Source: Candidatus Bathyarchaeum sp. (GTDB taxonomy: Archaea; Thermoproteota; Bathyarchaeia; Bathyarchaeales; Bathyarchaeaceae). Taken from it: a DNA stretch of 13,673 nucleotides. Under the pieces are notes generated by a model, which was not told the origin of the DNA, did no database searches, and worked only from the letters and a program-made list of their open reading frames with translations. Position 1 is the first letter of the stretch, and the number at the start of each line of letters is the position of its first letter. Both the position numbers and the translations under genes were made by a program. Positions 13,583 through 13,673 of the stretch are shown here, piece by piece. The stretch is taken from positions 1-13,673 of the forward strand of contig JAOZIF010000073.1 of the NCBI GenBank assembly GCA_026014495.1, written 5' to 3'.

Positions 13583-13673
13583 TTTTTTTCTGGGGAATTA
13601 AGCGTCTAGAACATACTCTCCATATTAGGAGACTAATAGAGGTACATTGTTGAAAACTAGGTTTTTTCAGAAA

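Larger units (their letters stand above)
1..13673. mobile_element. Archaeal integrative element (integrated plasmid/provirus/satellite-like); boundaries not resolved
   Basis: Tyrosine integrase at the right end, HerA/FtsK-like ATPase, wHTH protein, RHH/AbrB regulators, many small Zn-finger ORFs, defence cargo (R-M, HEPN) and no housekeeping genes. Whether the R-M operon (1-2618) belongs to the same element cannot be determined here. Confidence 0.8.

Noticed and set aside
13540-13673. tRNA or attachment site next to the integrase
   Set aside because: No tRNA arm motifs and no clear direct repeat of att length elsewhere in the window.

Overview
An archaeal-type integrative element (integrated plasmid, provirus or satellite) covers most of the window. 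The archaeal call rests on GGTGA/GAGGTGA ribosome-binding sites, TTTATA-type TATA boxes, frequent TTG starts, and AbrB, RHH and Zn-ribbon proteins. Left to right: (1) a BcgI-like restriction-modification operon on the minus strand, with a PD-(D/E)XK nuclease-N6-methyltransferase fusion carrying an unusual NPPV motif IV, followed by an HsdS-like specificity subunit that runs off the left edge and is missing from the ORF track; (2) a divergent orphan 50-aa AbrB/MazE-type gene behind a repeat-rich operator; (3) a strongly folded candidate small RNA (15-bp stem, C(UUCG)G loop) with its own TATA-like box and T-tract; (4) a tightly coupled four-gene operon ending in a HerA/FtsK-like ATPase and including a very acidic 133-aa protein; (5) a convergent HEPN (RxxxxH) gene behind a multi-hairpin leader and three small genes, one RHH-like; (6) a control region with a structured leader before a 384-aa winged-helix protein (candidate replication initiator); (7) an RHH plus EExxH zincin pair; (8) five consecutive Cys-rich Zn-binding ORFs; (9) a tyrosine integrase with non-canonical catalytic residues. 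No capsid, pilin, membrane-spanning, tRNA, CRISPR or clear att feature was recognised. All family calls come from motif reading by eye, with no database search. Several starts were moved relative to the ORF track, and five ORFs absent from the track were added.
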